A DNA stretch of 64,000 bases from Cycas panzhihuaensis (taxonomy: Eukaryota; Plantae; Cycadophyta), in contig CM041465.1 of the NCBI GenBank assembly GCA_023213395.1, positions 44,151,741 to 44,215,740 of the forward strand. The letters run 5' to 3'. Under the pieces are notes generated by a model that worked only from the letters and a program-made list of their open reading frames with translations, did not search any database and had not been told where the DNA came from. Positions within the stretch are counted from its first letter, which is position 1. Each line of letters opens with the position of its first letter. The position numbers and the translations under genes are program-made. Below are positions 24,871 through 36,140 of this stretch, piece after piece.

Positions 24871-27800
24871 TGTTAGACTTTAACATGGAAAACATTCATC
24901 ATCCACAATAACAATATCAATGACCAAAGATTAACTCAACATAATCATAATACATTGACATACCAAAGCACCAAAGAGTCAACATAAGCCTTGATGATTA
25001 CATATACTACCTCAACCACCTTTATATACAAATAGGTGGGAGACCATATAAGACATGTAATGCATGTGGGACAGATACCTTTATCCTGACCAATGACATT
25101 ACACCAACTAACTTGACCAATAAGCTTCTATCTTCTCACACAATATTATAATGATAAATGACTCTTGGACTTCAAGACTTAGGACTATGACTATTAATCC
25201 TAGGACATACTTTACTTAACCATACACAACATTAAACATTATATTCTAACACCTTCCCTTAAGGTTTAATGTCAAGACTACAAAAAGTGACTGAATACTA
25301 AAGACTAATATGATACTTGACAATGGACTTAGGACATTAAACATGGACTCTAATTTGATCAATATGTACTTTGCCTTCTTTGAATTTACAACGTCTTGAT
25401 CTTGGAAAGGTCTTGAACACAATGTCTTGGACTTGATCTTGGTCTTCAATCCTGCAATGTGGCCTCTGGAGTAGTCCCTTAGAGTGACGGTTCTTGAACC
25501 TTGTCTTTTTTGTCTTCATGTGCAATTGGGAACCCTTTATCACACAAAATGTGTAGTAGATCAAGCTTGAGCTTACTTGTGCTTGGTGAGGACCTGTCAG
25601 GTGTTTTTGCATGTACTTATCAAAGGTGTCTTCAAGGTGTACATCAAATATGTCTTCCATCAGAATTCAGGTTACCACCTGTTTGCTTCTACTGTCTTCA
25701 GCATGCGAGTGATCAAACAAATAAATGTCAGCAATTGGAGATAGGTTGACAATATCACCAATATCCAAATATGACCACAAGTCATCAAGTGGTGCGACAA
25801 CATCACTTGAAGTGTGAACATTGTATAGGCCATCATTATGAGCATCATCATTATCGTCATCAATGTCTTGTAAATCAACATCATTTAAGACATAAGCATG
25901 AATAGCTTCATCCTGCATGTGTTTCTCTTCAACAAGACCTTCATCGATTTGTGAGCAGTTTACAGTGTAACCAATATCTGAATCAAAAATGAGCTCAACA
26001 CAAACGTCAAATGAACAAACAGACTTTACTTCATCATCTTTGATAAGATCATCCTCCCCTGAAGCAATGAATTCATCATAGTTACCTATATCCGGTTCAA
26101 CATGCTCATCTGCTTCAACTTTGTCACTTGAAGTAGCAGAACTTCCCTCATCATCTTGCTTACCTGTGTTAACAATGGAATTATTTTCCCTTTCAAGAGT
26201 CTCTTCCACTTGTGCAGGTACTTGTTCTGAATATTTTGTTTTATCTTCATCACCCAAGAGATTTTTTGTCGTAGCAAATACGATGAGGATTTCTATTACG
26301 ATCACATGTATGTACCTCCCAACATAAGAATAGTGTAATATCTTAACACGATTGCCTCTCTTGACCAAGTATCCTGCCCATAACATACAACAATCTTGGT
26401 AGACAAGACTTTGATCAAATAATACTCCAACTATGTTCTTCCTTCTTTTGAATGAATCTTCTAGAACCAATGCAGGATATGTTAACACAGTTTGAATTCT
26501 TTCAAGGGTAAGTGTAGAAAACGTTGCCATGTTAAATGTTGTCATACAAAGTCTAGTGCATATGCATACAACAATGTAACCTAACAATGTTTGGAACCTA
26601 GCAACAAATTTATCAACATAGATTAAAGTGATATAATTCACATTTTCCACTAAGTCAGTTGAATTTCCATATTGAACCACCTGTAACAGATCAATTTCTG
26701 AACTTTCAATGTCCATCCTTTCACTCTTTCCTATTAGCGTGCTGAAACTCAAGATGTTTGATGGGATAATTCTCTTCTCAACCTTTAGTTCTTTATTTTC
26801 ATCTTCTTCCTCAGATCCTAAGCAACGATCTAAGGTTAAATCACCAATAAGTTCATTTGCAAAGATTGCTTTGTCACAACAATTATATTCATTTATTTCT
26901 TCATCAACAGAGAACCTATTTTCAGAAATAAGTTCACATACCTTTTCACCTTCCTTATCATCAAATGAATTTATAAGAGATTCACAATTACAGAAACTGA
27001 CCTGATTACATTTATCCTTTTTTATTTTCCTCTTCAATTTCTTTTTCTGATTCTTTGTCAGGTTACGGTGCGCAACCTGCACTTCTTTCTTTTGATTAGC
27101 TGCATTTTTTATGTCTTTACCTTCATTCATTGGTTGTTGGTTTGTCAGCTTGGAATCAAATTTCTCTTTTATGAAGTTCCATGTTTTGTGTGCCCTACAA
27201 GTAGTATTTTGGGTGAGCCAAAAAATATCACTGTATTTTATGCAGCCTCCTTGTGTGGACATGACAGAAATCCATTGAAATACAGATGTGTCCTTTTGTT
27301 CCAGCACTGGTGAAGCATCATTGTATCCTTCTAAAACAATCTCCTATAAGCCAAGGGAGATGAGCCAGGACTTCATGTTTTCTGGCCATTCTAAATAGTT
27401 GTCTTTTGTTAATAGAAGATGAGTATGACCCATTTTGATACCTTACAATCAAACTGCTTATTGTGTACTTGAAATCAGAAACTCAGTCATGTACCCATAT
27501 GCAACAGAAATTTATCAGCAGTCATCAAAGGACTCATAAATAGCTTCATCAAAATATCAATAAATACCCTCAAGTCATATACCAAAATGACCGCCTCTAA
27601 GATACGGTTCTAATGCCTTAGACGGAATGCGAAATGGATGTTTGAATGCAGAGATATAAAATAGATCGTACAAGAACCCTCTTTGTATATCAAACAGAGT
27701 AAAGGCAATTTTTAAACTATTATCAGATCTAGCCTTCAAAACACGACCTTGAACAATAGAATTTATCGTTGTTTTGGGTCTTTTCAATACAAGAGTGTTA

Positions 27801-30005
27801 CCTATTTTATCTTCATCAAGTCAACTTTTCTCCGTATGGAGGGCTGAGATTTAGAAGCTAGCATTGTTCGGACAAGGCCCGCATCTTCCCCGTGTGCATA
27901 GTCTTGCTTCAAGCCTGCAACTCCTCCGAGTGTTGTGAGATAAGGTATTTTTCAGCTGCATCAACCAACTGCTCCTTTGAAACGTTCAGGTCAGCAAGAA
28001 TAAAGTGCCTCCAACATCTCAGTCATTTCCAATTTACTCAAGTCCATCGTCATTCCATGCAAAGAGGATTAGCACATTGACTTGTGAAGTTGCAATTTTT
28101 GTAAGAATTTTGGAAAATCGTTAGAAACCAAATTTTGGCATTTGATTTCCTGGCAATTCAACTACACAATTTGTGGGTACCAACCAGTGCCAAACACCGA
28201 GAACAAAGACTTTCTTCGCAACCTCATGAAGACCAATCAGAGCAAATTTCCCGTTACAATAATTTCAAAACATCTAGGTAACACGACCAGTTCTTCTTAT
28301 TACGTTAAAGATCCCTTGTTTGACTTATGCCAAAGGCATCTAGGTTTCGTCTCCCATGATACCATGACCAAGCTGCAAGCAGACCACTAAAAACCTGCAA
28401 CTTAAACACAGTCTAGAGCTCAACCAAACCAGAGGCTGTATCGGTGAAATTGAATGGCAAGTCGTGACTGTGATGTGATGACCAACATCAACCGATCTAA
28501 AATTTATCTTCTTCAAGTGTCTGCGTCCAAGGACAATATCTGAAAACATCTATAAGGGAGTGAATATATACTGGTCTGCAGCCCCAATAAGTGCACAAGA
28601 CCAAGCCGCCAGGTACACCCAACTGCCAAATATTATAGACAGATAAATTTACTATTCATTGTCGAGCAAATCTGCCACATCTTTTATCAACGCCAAATTC
28701 TATTGTAACCTTGAAGCAATGTCAGTCGGGAGAATATTACAGAGCAATGTGGGACTTAGATCTTTAATGAGAGATTCTTGAATAGTGACATAGAGAAGCT
28801 TTTCACACAACTGCGCCTTTTAAACTCTTCACACAAGACGATAACAATCGCTCGATGGCATCCAGTTCAAGAAGACGGACTTATGGAGTTACATGCATAA
28901 CCCTTACGCATTTACACAACAGTGACAGCCTTCAATAGTGCTTCATCAGACAGCCCTGCAGATCTGTTATCATAAATTTTGACAGGAGCAACTTCACAAT
29001 CACCAACCATGCACAGAACAGGCATAAAGGTGGGTATCACCTCACGCCTCCTTTAGCTAGAACAGAAAAAGTGGAACCAAGAAGAGCGAGCACTTCAAGC
29101 AAGCACGACAACAGTTTTGAATAGAACTGAACGGACTGCACGGATCTCAACAACGAAGTTCCAATAGGTAAATTTTTAACTTACCACTCTCACAATGTCA
29201 TGAACGAATTACTAGTTCCTTCTCTCAGGATAACCTTGCTCTGAGCCAGCAAACCCTTAATATTCTAACACAATCTCTCAAGGACAAGTATGAAGCCTTA
29301 ACTCTCACGATTAAGGTAAATTTAACAACCATCAATTAAAAACCTCCATGAAATCCTGTTTCATAATCATTTCCTTATAGCAAGGTAGGGAACAGAGTTA
29401 CCCAGACAAAATTCTTGTTTCGTATCAACACTTGGCATACTTCATACTGACGATGACTTTGAAACTTTTCTTCAATCTGGCACCCACTTGATGGAGCCAC
29501 CTCCTCTCTCGATCTTCTTCTTACAACAGGATGGCCTGGAACTTCACTTCCTCAATTCAACTCTTCAATCTGACAGCCAATCTAACGGAGTTGCCTTCCT
29601 CCCTTATCAAAGAGAACCTGCAGAACAATAGCCTTAACAAGCAACCTGCTCTGATACCATGTTAAACTTTAACATGAAAAACATTCATCATCCACAATAA
29701 CAATATCAATGACCAAAGATTAACTCAACATAATCAGAATACATTGACATACCAAAGCACCAAAGACTCAGCATGAGCCTTGATGATTACATATACTACA
29801 TCAACCACCTTTATATACAAAATAGGTGGGAGACCATACAAGACATATAACGCATGTGGGACAAACACCTTTATCCTGACCAATGACATTACACCAACTA
29901 ACTTGACCAATAAGCTTCTATCTTCCCACACAATATTATAATGATAAATGACTCTAGGACATACTTTACTTAACCATACACAATATTAAACATTATACTC
30001 TAACA
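24871..30005 (-). mobile_element. Complete pol-less LTR element; LTRs 24871-25251 and 29660-30005; TSD CAAAA
   Basis: Perfect PBS TGGTATCAGAGC (29648-29659), PPT TTAAGGGAAGG and highly similar LTRs. No IN/RT/RH motifs seen. Confidence 0.95.
25337..27433 (-). pseudogene. Copia Gag-N-terminus-like domain fused to an acidic orphan sequence; ~700-codon frame with two internal stops, 546-codon open core
   Basis: ATG 27433 MGHTHLLLTKDNYLEWPENMKSWLISLGL*EIVLEGY is in frame with ORF 25667-27307 (KTWNFIKEKF), which is in frame with 25337-25660. Confidence 0.7.
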
Positions 30006-30249
30006 CAAAATGGCAAGTATTTTTGGGTCATTTGCCAAGAAGGTAAGCTTGTGTGTCATCCCAAAGGATCTTGATGATGAACATAAAGAGCTTTCTTATA
30101 AGAAATGCCAAAGAAGACTAAAGATTTCAATTCTGACAAACCCAAAGTACAACCTTTAGTAGCTTAATAGTTCTTGCCATTGTTTAGCTTTAATTTTTGA
30201 ATGTGGTATGGGCTACAATACCACAAGGACACTAGTAATGGAGTAGGAA

Positions 30250-30398
30250 TTGTTGACCCTTAAGTCACAACATTACAACACTAGAAAGAATGTGGGTGTG
30301 TACTTTATCACATTGAATGGCAAAGTACACTTACATAAAGTACAATACTTTACAATATAAAATACATTGACTTAACACTTAAACATAAAGGTCTAGCG
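30250..30398 (-). mobile_element. Fragment homologous to the 5' end of the 4627-5161 LTR
   Basis: CTAGAAAGAATGTGGGTGTGYACTTTATCAC and TACATTRACTTAACAYTTAAACATAA match the reverse complement of ~4630-4770. Confidence 0.75.
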
Positions 30399-31400
30399 TT
30401 AATAGCATTTCCTTTCAAACACTTAAAACTATGAGAATGAGATCATAAAATTCATTATCTTCCTCAGTAATTATGGTTAAACAGGATGAACTCCAAGAAG
30501 AACAGCTTTTGCAAATTTATGGAGCTTACCCTAGTTCAAAGGCTAATCTCAGTCCCCAAATGCTGTTCAAGAACACTTGCTCACTTGAGGACAAGAGATG
30601 TCCAACGAATAGCTCCATGGGCTCTCCTCATAATGGAAACTATACTTCCATCATTCCACTCTTTCTCCAAAAGAAAATGAACAGTTGTGGGGATCATGCA
30701 TTCATGCTAGACAGGAAATAATACTGTAAACCATCTGGTCATACCTTGTAAGAAGTCACCGTGTAGATTTAAAACTTATGTTTGCAAACACTACCACTAA
30801 ACGTTTAGGTTATATGCTTTTGAATGCCCTAAATCGAGCAATCGAAATAGGAAATAATTTGGACATTTACCATCAATTATCCATGATAGGTGTCAAGGCA
30901 CAAAATCATTCTGACCAAATGACAACCTTGCCACAACCACAAATTCCCCACTCCCCTCTGCTTCTTGGTATCCTATATAATGGTCATGGATAAGCCAACG
31001 CAAAACATACAAGTGCATATATTCCAATTTTGTAAATTCATGTTTTTGAGTATGACCAGCTATAGGTGATACTAAAAGTGGATAACAATGCTAGTGACTA
31101 AAGGCCAGATCATGCTGACTAATATGCCCAGATAAATGCAACAATTACTCTCGTTTCAATACAGGAATGGGAATGCCTTCCCAAGAAGTTTTGGAACATT
31201 TCTAATGGGATTAGTTAGGTTTTTTTTCCTTTATCAGTGGAGACTGTTTTAGGGACGCCATATTTAACTATACTATATGATATACACATAATCAGCAAGA
31301 AAGCATTAACAACACTAACTTCTGTTGAGCTCCACGCCTATTATACACCAGGCTTTGCTTAATATGCCAGGTCTTGCACATGAGCATAAAGGCTGAATTT

Positions 31401-31607
31401 CTGAAAATCAAAACTCTACATTTACTCCATCATAAAAACAGTGGCACCATTTGTACAGAAATATAATTGCACCACTTGCGCAGAAACATAATTGCACCAC
31501 TTGTGCAGAAACATAATTGCACCACTTGTGCAGAAATATGATTGAATGAACAAAAATGTATGCACCACACATACATAAAAATAAAAATAACTCTGTGTTT
31601 CACTCAC
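31401..31607 (-). other. Putative 3'UTR intron of AP3D
   Basis: Minus-strand donor CAG|GTGAGT at 31607 and acceptor TTTTGATTTTCAG| at 31401. A further donor GAA|GTTAGT follows at 31319. Confidence 0.55.
31444..31544. repeat. 25-bp minisatellite x4 (GCACCACTTGTGCAGAAACATAATT)
   Basis: Units start at 31444, 31469, 31494 and 31519. Confidence 0.9.
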
Positions 31608-31720
31608 CTGCAAAATGCTACAGCAACTTAAATCAATCACCAGCAGCATATTAAGAATGCACATTGGCCAATGCCCTCTCTGTTTCCCAATTGAGGAACA
31701 TAAAACTAAAGATGTGGCCA

Positions 31721-34700
31721 CTACAAAAGGAAATCTGGAATAACCGGTGTTTGTGGAGCCACTTGCAATGGACTATCAACTCTTTGTCTATTACGATGCT
31801 TTGCATGATGATGGTTGGCTCTCTTTGACTGCCCTCTGTGATGTCTTCCCTGCTTGATGTCTTTCTCCTTATGATCTGAATCAGAACTTTTATAAGTTTT
31901 CTTCCCGTGCTTGGAATGTTTGTGCCCACTGGGACTCTGCCTCTCAGTGTTATGTTTTTCTATGACATCCACACATCCCTCTGGAATATCAACAGAATTG
32001 TCATCTATTCTTACCACTTTCTTGTCTTCTCTCCTACACAAAGTTTCAGAGTGTCGTCCTGGCCGCCGATGGTGCCCACCAGATGGTACTTTAGATTTGT
32101 TTTCACGACCTCGACTGCTGGAACCTACTGAATGCTTGCTTTTTTCACCAGAAAGGACATCTCTGATGGCATTTGAAATAAAGTTGTCTTTCAAATCCTT
32201 ACCTTGCTTGGATGTCGATATCAGTGCCTCATCTCCCTCATCCAGTCTCACCACCACTGGCCGTGCTTTTGTGCGTTGCGTCTTTGTGGAGAAAAGAGAC
32301 TGCTCTGCAAGCTTAAGAATATCTGAACTTGCCTCGGGAGCTGCAAGAGGAACGTCAAGTTGTGACACATGAGGTGGTGGATAATCATCGGTTTTTGTTT
32401 CAGATTTTTCTGTAGGTAGATAGAATGCTCCATGCCGCTGCCTATGTTGTGCCAATAAAGAAGTTGATTCTCCAAACGGCAGCGGCTCTTCCTTGGCACG
32501 CTGACTAAACACAGGAATGCTGTCCCACTCTCTATGCTGAGGATTTTTGAGATACCATTCTTTCCCTTCATCGCATAAAAGTTGGTTATCAGCTAGAACT
32601 TGAGCCAAATCATCAAGATTCTCCTTGAGAATGAGCCCATCTGGAGTTGGTACCCTTTGTTGTGCAAGTACTGAAACTGGACTAAGCTCTTCTGCAAAAA
32701 TACTGTGCATGTAAGTGATGATTTCAACAGCCTCAGAGCCCTGTGTTTCCCATATATCTTGATTTTCTGTTGGACCTCGCCTCTCCACCAGACACCCTGG
32801 GATTTCCTCCAGTGATTTCAAAAGGCCAAGTATATTACATGCTCTCTCCTGCACCTCCACATCTTCACTCTCTGAAAGTGGACCAACGGTCAATTTGATT
32901 AGCTTCGCCAAATGGACTAGAGAACCATCTGAATCACATTCCTTTGCAAAACTGTCTGATGAATGTGCTTGTTCTTCTGGGAAGGTGAATTTATCACTGC
33001 CCATAGCCACATCCGCTCCTGCACTGCTAGGAATTTCTAGATTCAACCTTGGGTTGAAAGGTTCTTCATCTTCAAAATCTGCAGAAATTTCCTTCTTCTC
33101 AAGGCTACCATTTGATGAGGTGCTTTTCTGAAGACCAGTGCATGTAGCTTCTTCCTTCATACCGGTCAAAGCTGAACTGTCATTACAAATTCCAGTTACT
33201 GTAATTTCTTCCTTTAAACTGGACAAACCAGATATTCTTTGTTCTAATGCTTTCTTAGGTTTTGTATCCACCTCTTCTGTTAGACCGCCAATTGCCAAAG
33301 AAAGAAGCTGAGCTTCCTTCACCTTCCCTGAGTCTTTTATAGAGGATTCGGAGACATGGAGTTTGCTCCTCTTTAGATAAAAGTAAAAATAGAAAACAAA
33401 AACTTTAAGCACTGATTGGAGATAAACAGATCTCACAGATGGTGGCAAAAGGTTAGTTCGGGGCTGCAGCAAAGCTTCAATAATCTCGAAAGGATTTTGT
33501 GAATGTTCAACGTACTCCCCAGCAATCCAGGCTGCTGCAGACAGCACTCTATGGAGAAATGGATATCCAAGCAAAGAAGGATCGATCAAGAGGTTGCGGG
33601 CAACATGCACCAGCTCTGACCTGACATCTTTAACCCTCATCCCAATGTCTATAAGCTGCCTTTCCACTTCTTGACCATGCTTACAGTGAGGAATTCTTGC
33701 AATGTCACCTAGAACTGATACATACCAGCCAAAATCAGTGACCAACTCATACAGATTCCTGCTGCAAGTGGAAAGAATTGCAATTAAGATTTCATTACAA
33801 AACTCAGGGTTTGATGTAAGAGCATAATGCATCAAAACCTGTACTATCTCAACAATATTACTCTCAGATACCATCCCAATGACAAGGCGCAATGATGCCA
33901 ACTGTATGCTGAGATCTATGTCACTAAGGGCCTTGATTATTACTTCTTTATTTTCAGAAACAGCCCACACATGTTTTGGCATGAGAGCAGCAAGAGCCTG
34001 CAATCCGAGGTACTTAAGATTGGGATCATCTTCCATCATTAAATCCTTCAATTTCTCCACAGCCAATTTGACTGCCCTATTATAATCTGTCAATCCCGAC
34101 ACCACAGTTCGTATACACTCCAAAAGCAGTGATTTCGCCACTGTTTTATTCATATGCTCACAAATGGGCTCCACAATCTTCTTCCCTAACCTAGGTTCCA
34201 AAGGTGCCAACACCCCAAATATTTTCACGACCTTAATAAGAAGCCAATTATTTGTGGAATCTACCAGAAGCCTGTAAAACTCAGGGGCCAGAGGAAGGTA
34301 TGCCTTTGGGTCTTTCATGGCCAATTCACAAAACACGCTCACTGCAGCACATGCAACTTGTGGATCCGAGTCTTCCAGATTCTCCACCAATCGTTTAAAT
34401 GCTATTCTAACAGCATCTGGGTACTTGTCAAAAATCCTCAAAAGCACTATGGTGGCCTTTTTTCTTAAATACAACTTACTGCTTCCCAGCATGGTAAAAA
34501 CCTCAGGGGTTAAATCCCTAGCAAGATCCGGTGTTGCAATTCGTGATAGGCATTCGAGTGCAAGGCCAGCTTCGTACTCGTTGGTGCTTGTTAAATCCTT
34601 TCTTAATTGATTGGTTATAAGCAGTAACACTTCTGTGTCCTCCTGGAAGGACTGGGAAGCAGCTAGATAGCCTATTTTCTTGTGAGAGAATCTGGGCATG

Positions 34701-34942
34701 CTCATAACTTCAACTACATGGAAGGCTGCCCAAGACATGTTAAATCCTTGGAGCATGTTCAGGTATGTCAGTTTCTGCAGTGCTACAGCTTTTGTGTGGT
34801 GATCCGTTGACTTTATTTCTTTGTGGATTTCATCCATGGCTTTGCTTAAATACCGGGCTTCACCTATCATCTGTACACGGAGGCCCTTCACAAGATCCTC
34901 CAGAGACTTCTGGAAGAACGACTCCATGATGCTGGATGCCAT
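31721..34942 (-). CDS. AP3D: AP-3 complex subunit delta (delta-adaptin), single coding exon, ~1073 aa
   Basis: Uninterrupted ORF with adaptin N-terminal repeats (FFQKSLEDLVKGLR, ALQKLTYLNML, KKIGYLAASQSF, NWLLIKVVKIFGVLAPLEPRLGKK, DPNLKYLGLQAL). It also has the RQRHGAFYLP motif and a C-terminal VIPDFLL typical of plant delta-adaptins. The ORF track starts at a TTG (34957); the first ATG is at 34942. Confidence 0.96.
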   Translation of the reverse strand: MASSIMESFFQKSLEDLVKGLRVQMIGEARYLSKAMDEIHKEIKSTDHHTKAVALQKLTYLNMLQGFNMSWAAFHVVEVMSMPRFSHKKIGYLAASQSFQEDTEVLLLITNQLRKDLTSTNEYEAGLALECLSRIATPDLARDLTPEVFTMLGSSKLYLRKKATIVLLRIFDKYPDAVRIAFKRLVENLEDSDPQVACAAVSVFCELAMKDPKAYLPLAPEFYRLLVDSTNNWLLIKVVKIFGVLAPLEPRLGKKIVEPICEHMNKTVAKSLLLECIRTVVSGLTDYNRAVKLAVEKLKDLMMEDDPNLKYLGLQALAALMPKHVWAVSENKEVIIKALSDIDLSIQLASLRLVIGMVSESNIVEIVQVLMHYALTSNPEFCNEILIAILSTCSRNLYELVTDFGWYVSVLGDIARIPHCKHGQEVERQLIDIGMRVKDVRSELVHVARNLLIDPSLLGYPFLHRVLSAAAWIAGEYVEHSQNPFEIIEALLQPRTNLLPPSVRSVYLQSVLKVFVFYFYFYLKRSKLHVSESSIKDSGKVKEAQLLSLAIGGLTEEVDTKPKKALEQRISGLSSLKEEITVTGICNDSSALTGMKEEATCTGLQKSTSSNGSLEKKEISADFEDEEPFNPRLNLEIPSSAGADVAMGSDKFTFPEEQAHSSDSFAKECDSDGSLVHLAKLIKLTVGPLSESEDVEVQERACNILGLLKSLEEIPGCLVERRGPTENQDIWETQGSEAVEIITYMHSIFAEELSPVSVLAQQRVPTPDGLILKENLDDLAQVLADNQLLCDEGKEWYLKNPQHREWDSIPVFSQRAKEEPLPFGESTSLLAQHRQRHGAFYLPTEKSETKTDDYPPPHVSQLDVPLAAPEASSDILKLAEQSLFSTKTQRTKARPVVVRLDEGDEALISTSKQGKDLKDNFISNAIRDVLSGEKSKHSVGSSSRGRENKSKVPSGGHHRRPGRHSETLCRREDKKVVRIDDNSVDIPEGCVDVIEKHNTERQSPSGHKHSKHGKKTYKSSDSDHKEKDIKQGRHHRGQSKRANHHHAKHRNRQRVDSPLQVAPQTPVIPDFLL

Positions 34943-35239
34943 TATATATAATAACAAGTATATTATTTCTCCCTGGATATATTTATGTGGGCATAGATAT
35001 ATGACAACTGGAATTCTACAAATATGAAAGCTGGAATACTAATATATGATAGATCGGGAAGGGAAACAACCTGGGGAGATTGAAATCTGTCAGGAACCCC
35101 TTCTCCGCCTCAAGTCTCTGCTCCACTCATCCATTGCTCCAAGTTGTTGCATAATAATTGCCCGCAGAAAAGAATTTGGCGATTGCAAAAAAGAAATATG
35201 ATACATTACCAGGAGAGGAACACGAAACACCACCAGGAT

Positions 35240-35580
35240 TGGCACCTCTCTCTCTCTCTCTCTTCACCCGATAAGACCGAGAAAACATTGAGCGACAAGG
35301 TTCCTAGTTCGACTCTCGCGAATGTGTATGTAGCTATGGAGCATGGCCATAATAGAGAGTTTCTTATTTCTCCCAACCCTCCATGGTTCGAGCCTTTTGA
35401 AGTGCTGTAACCATGCGTCTGGTCTTGCGAAAATTGGAGACTGGTTTGGGAAAGCAATTTAATCGTCAGTGAGCGAAAGATCTTAAGTCAAGACGCTAAA
35501 AAAAACAACTTTATACGTCAAAGTGTATCAAGTGTAGGGAGGATCGACTCTATGAAATATATTGAGGGTTACGACACTCT
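35240..35580 (-). promoter_or_regulatory. Probable AP3D promoter/5' leader with GA microsatellite and CpG-retaining island
   Basis: (GA)n tract on the minus strand at ~35247-35262. Many CpGs are retained here compared with the CpG-poor DNA beyond ~35600. Lies directly upstream of the CDS. Confidence 0.5.
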
Positions 35581-36140
35581 TACGAAAAGGAAAAACTAAA
35601 TTATTGGTAAACTATTTGCGATTATTGGTAAATGAAAGCAAAACAACGTTGTGAACATTATGAAGGTAAAAGCAAAAAATAATTGTATATTAAAATATTA
35701 ATTTAATAATAAGGCTATAGAAGATGTGTTATTATATAAATATTTTGGTCTAATTTTTTAAAGTTTAATAACAATTATTATATCAAATATATATCTTACT
35801 TTGAGAAGTTTAAGAGTGTTGATAGGCACATTTGTGAGGAGTTTATGAGACATAAAAAGTTCGTGCAAGTATATTAGAATGCTTTTGACTATTTACTTCC
35901 ATTAATAGAGTGGAATAAATAATCATAAAGAAGTGCATTAGAGGTGCCTATTAGTACAATTAGGGGATGGAGGGTAAATTATATAGTAAAAAATAAATGT
36001 AAAGTAGTTGTACTTTGAATACGAAAAACAAGAAGGGTTCTCTTTGATATCTCAATAACATTAGTAATACTACATAGGACTGGAAACTTATAAGAGAAAG
36101 TATATCATGTACAATTATAAGAGGTTTATATTCAACACAA

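Noticed and set aside
25667-27307. Host gene or bona fide env gene
   Set aside because: It lies between LTRs in the gag position, in frame with a Gag-like N-terminus. No signal peptide or fusion-protein motifs were recognised.
31721-34942. AP3D as a processed retrocopy or pseudogene
   Set aside because: The frame is intact, there is a promoter-like upstream region and likely UTR introns, and no polyA/TSD. As I recall, plant AP3D coding regions are intron-poor.
31907-35027. Short antisense and alternative-frame ORFs over AP3D
   Set aside because: Shadow ORFs of the real CDS with no independent features.
35206-35457. Conserved-peptide uORF upstream of AP3D
   Set aside because: The TSS is unknown and the ORF starts at a non-ATG codon. 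Short ATG uORFs exist, but there is no evidence of function.
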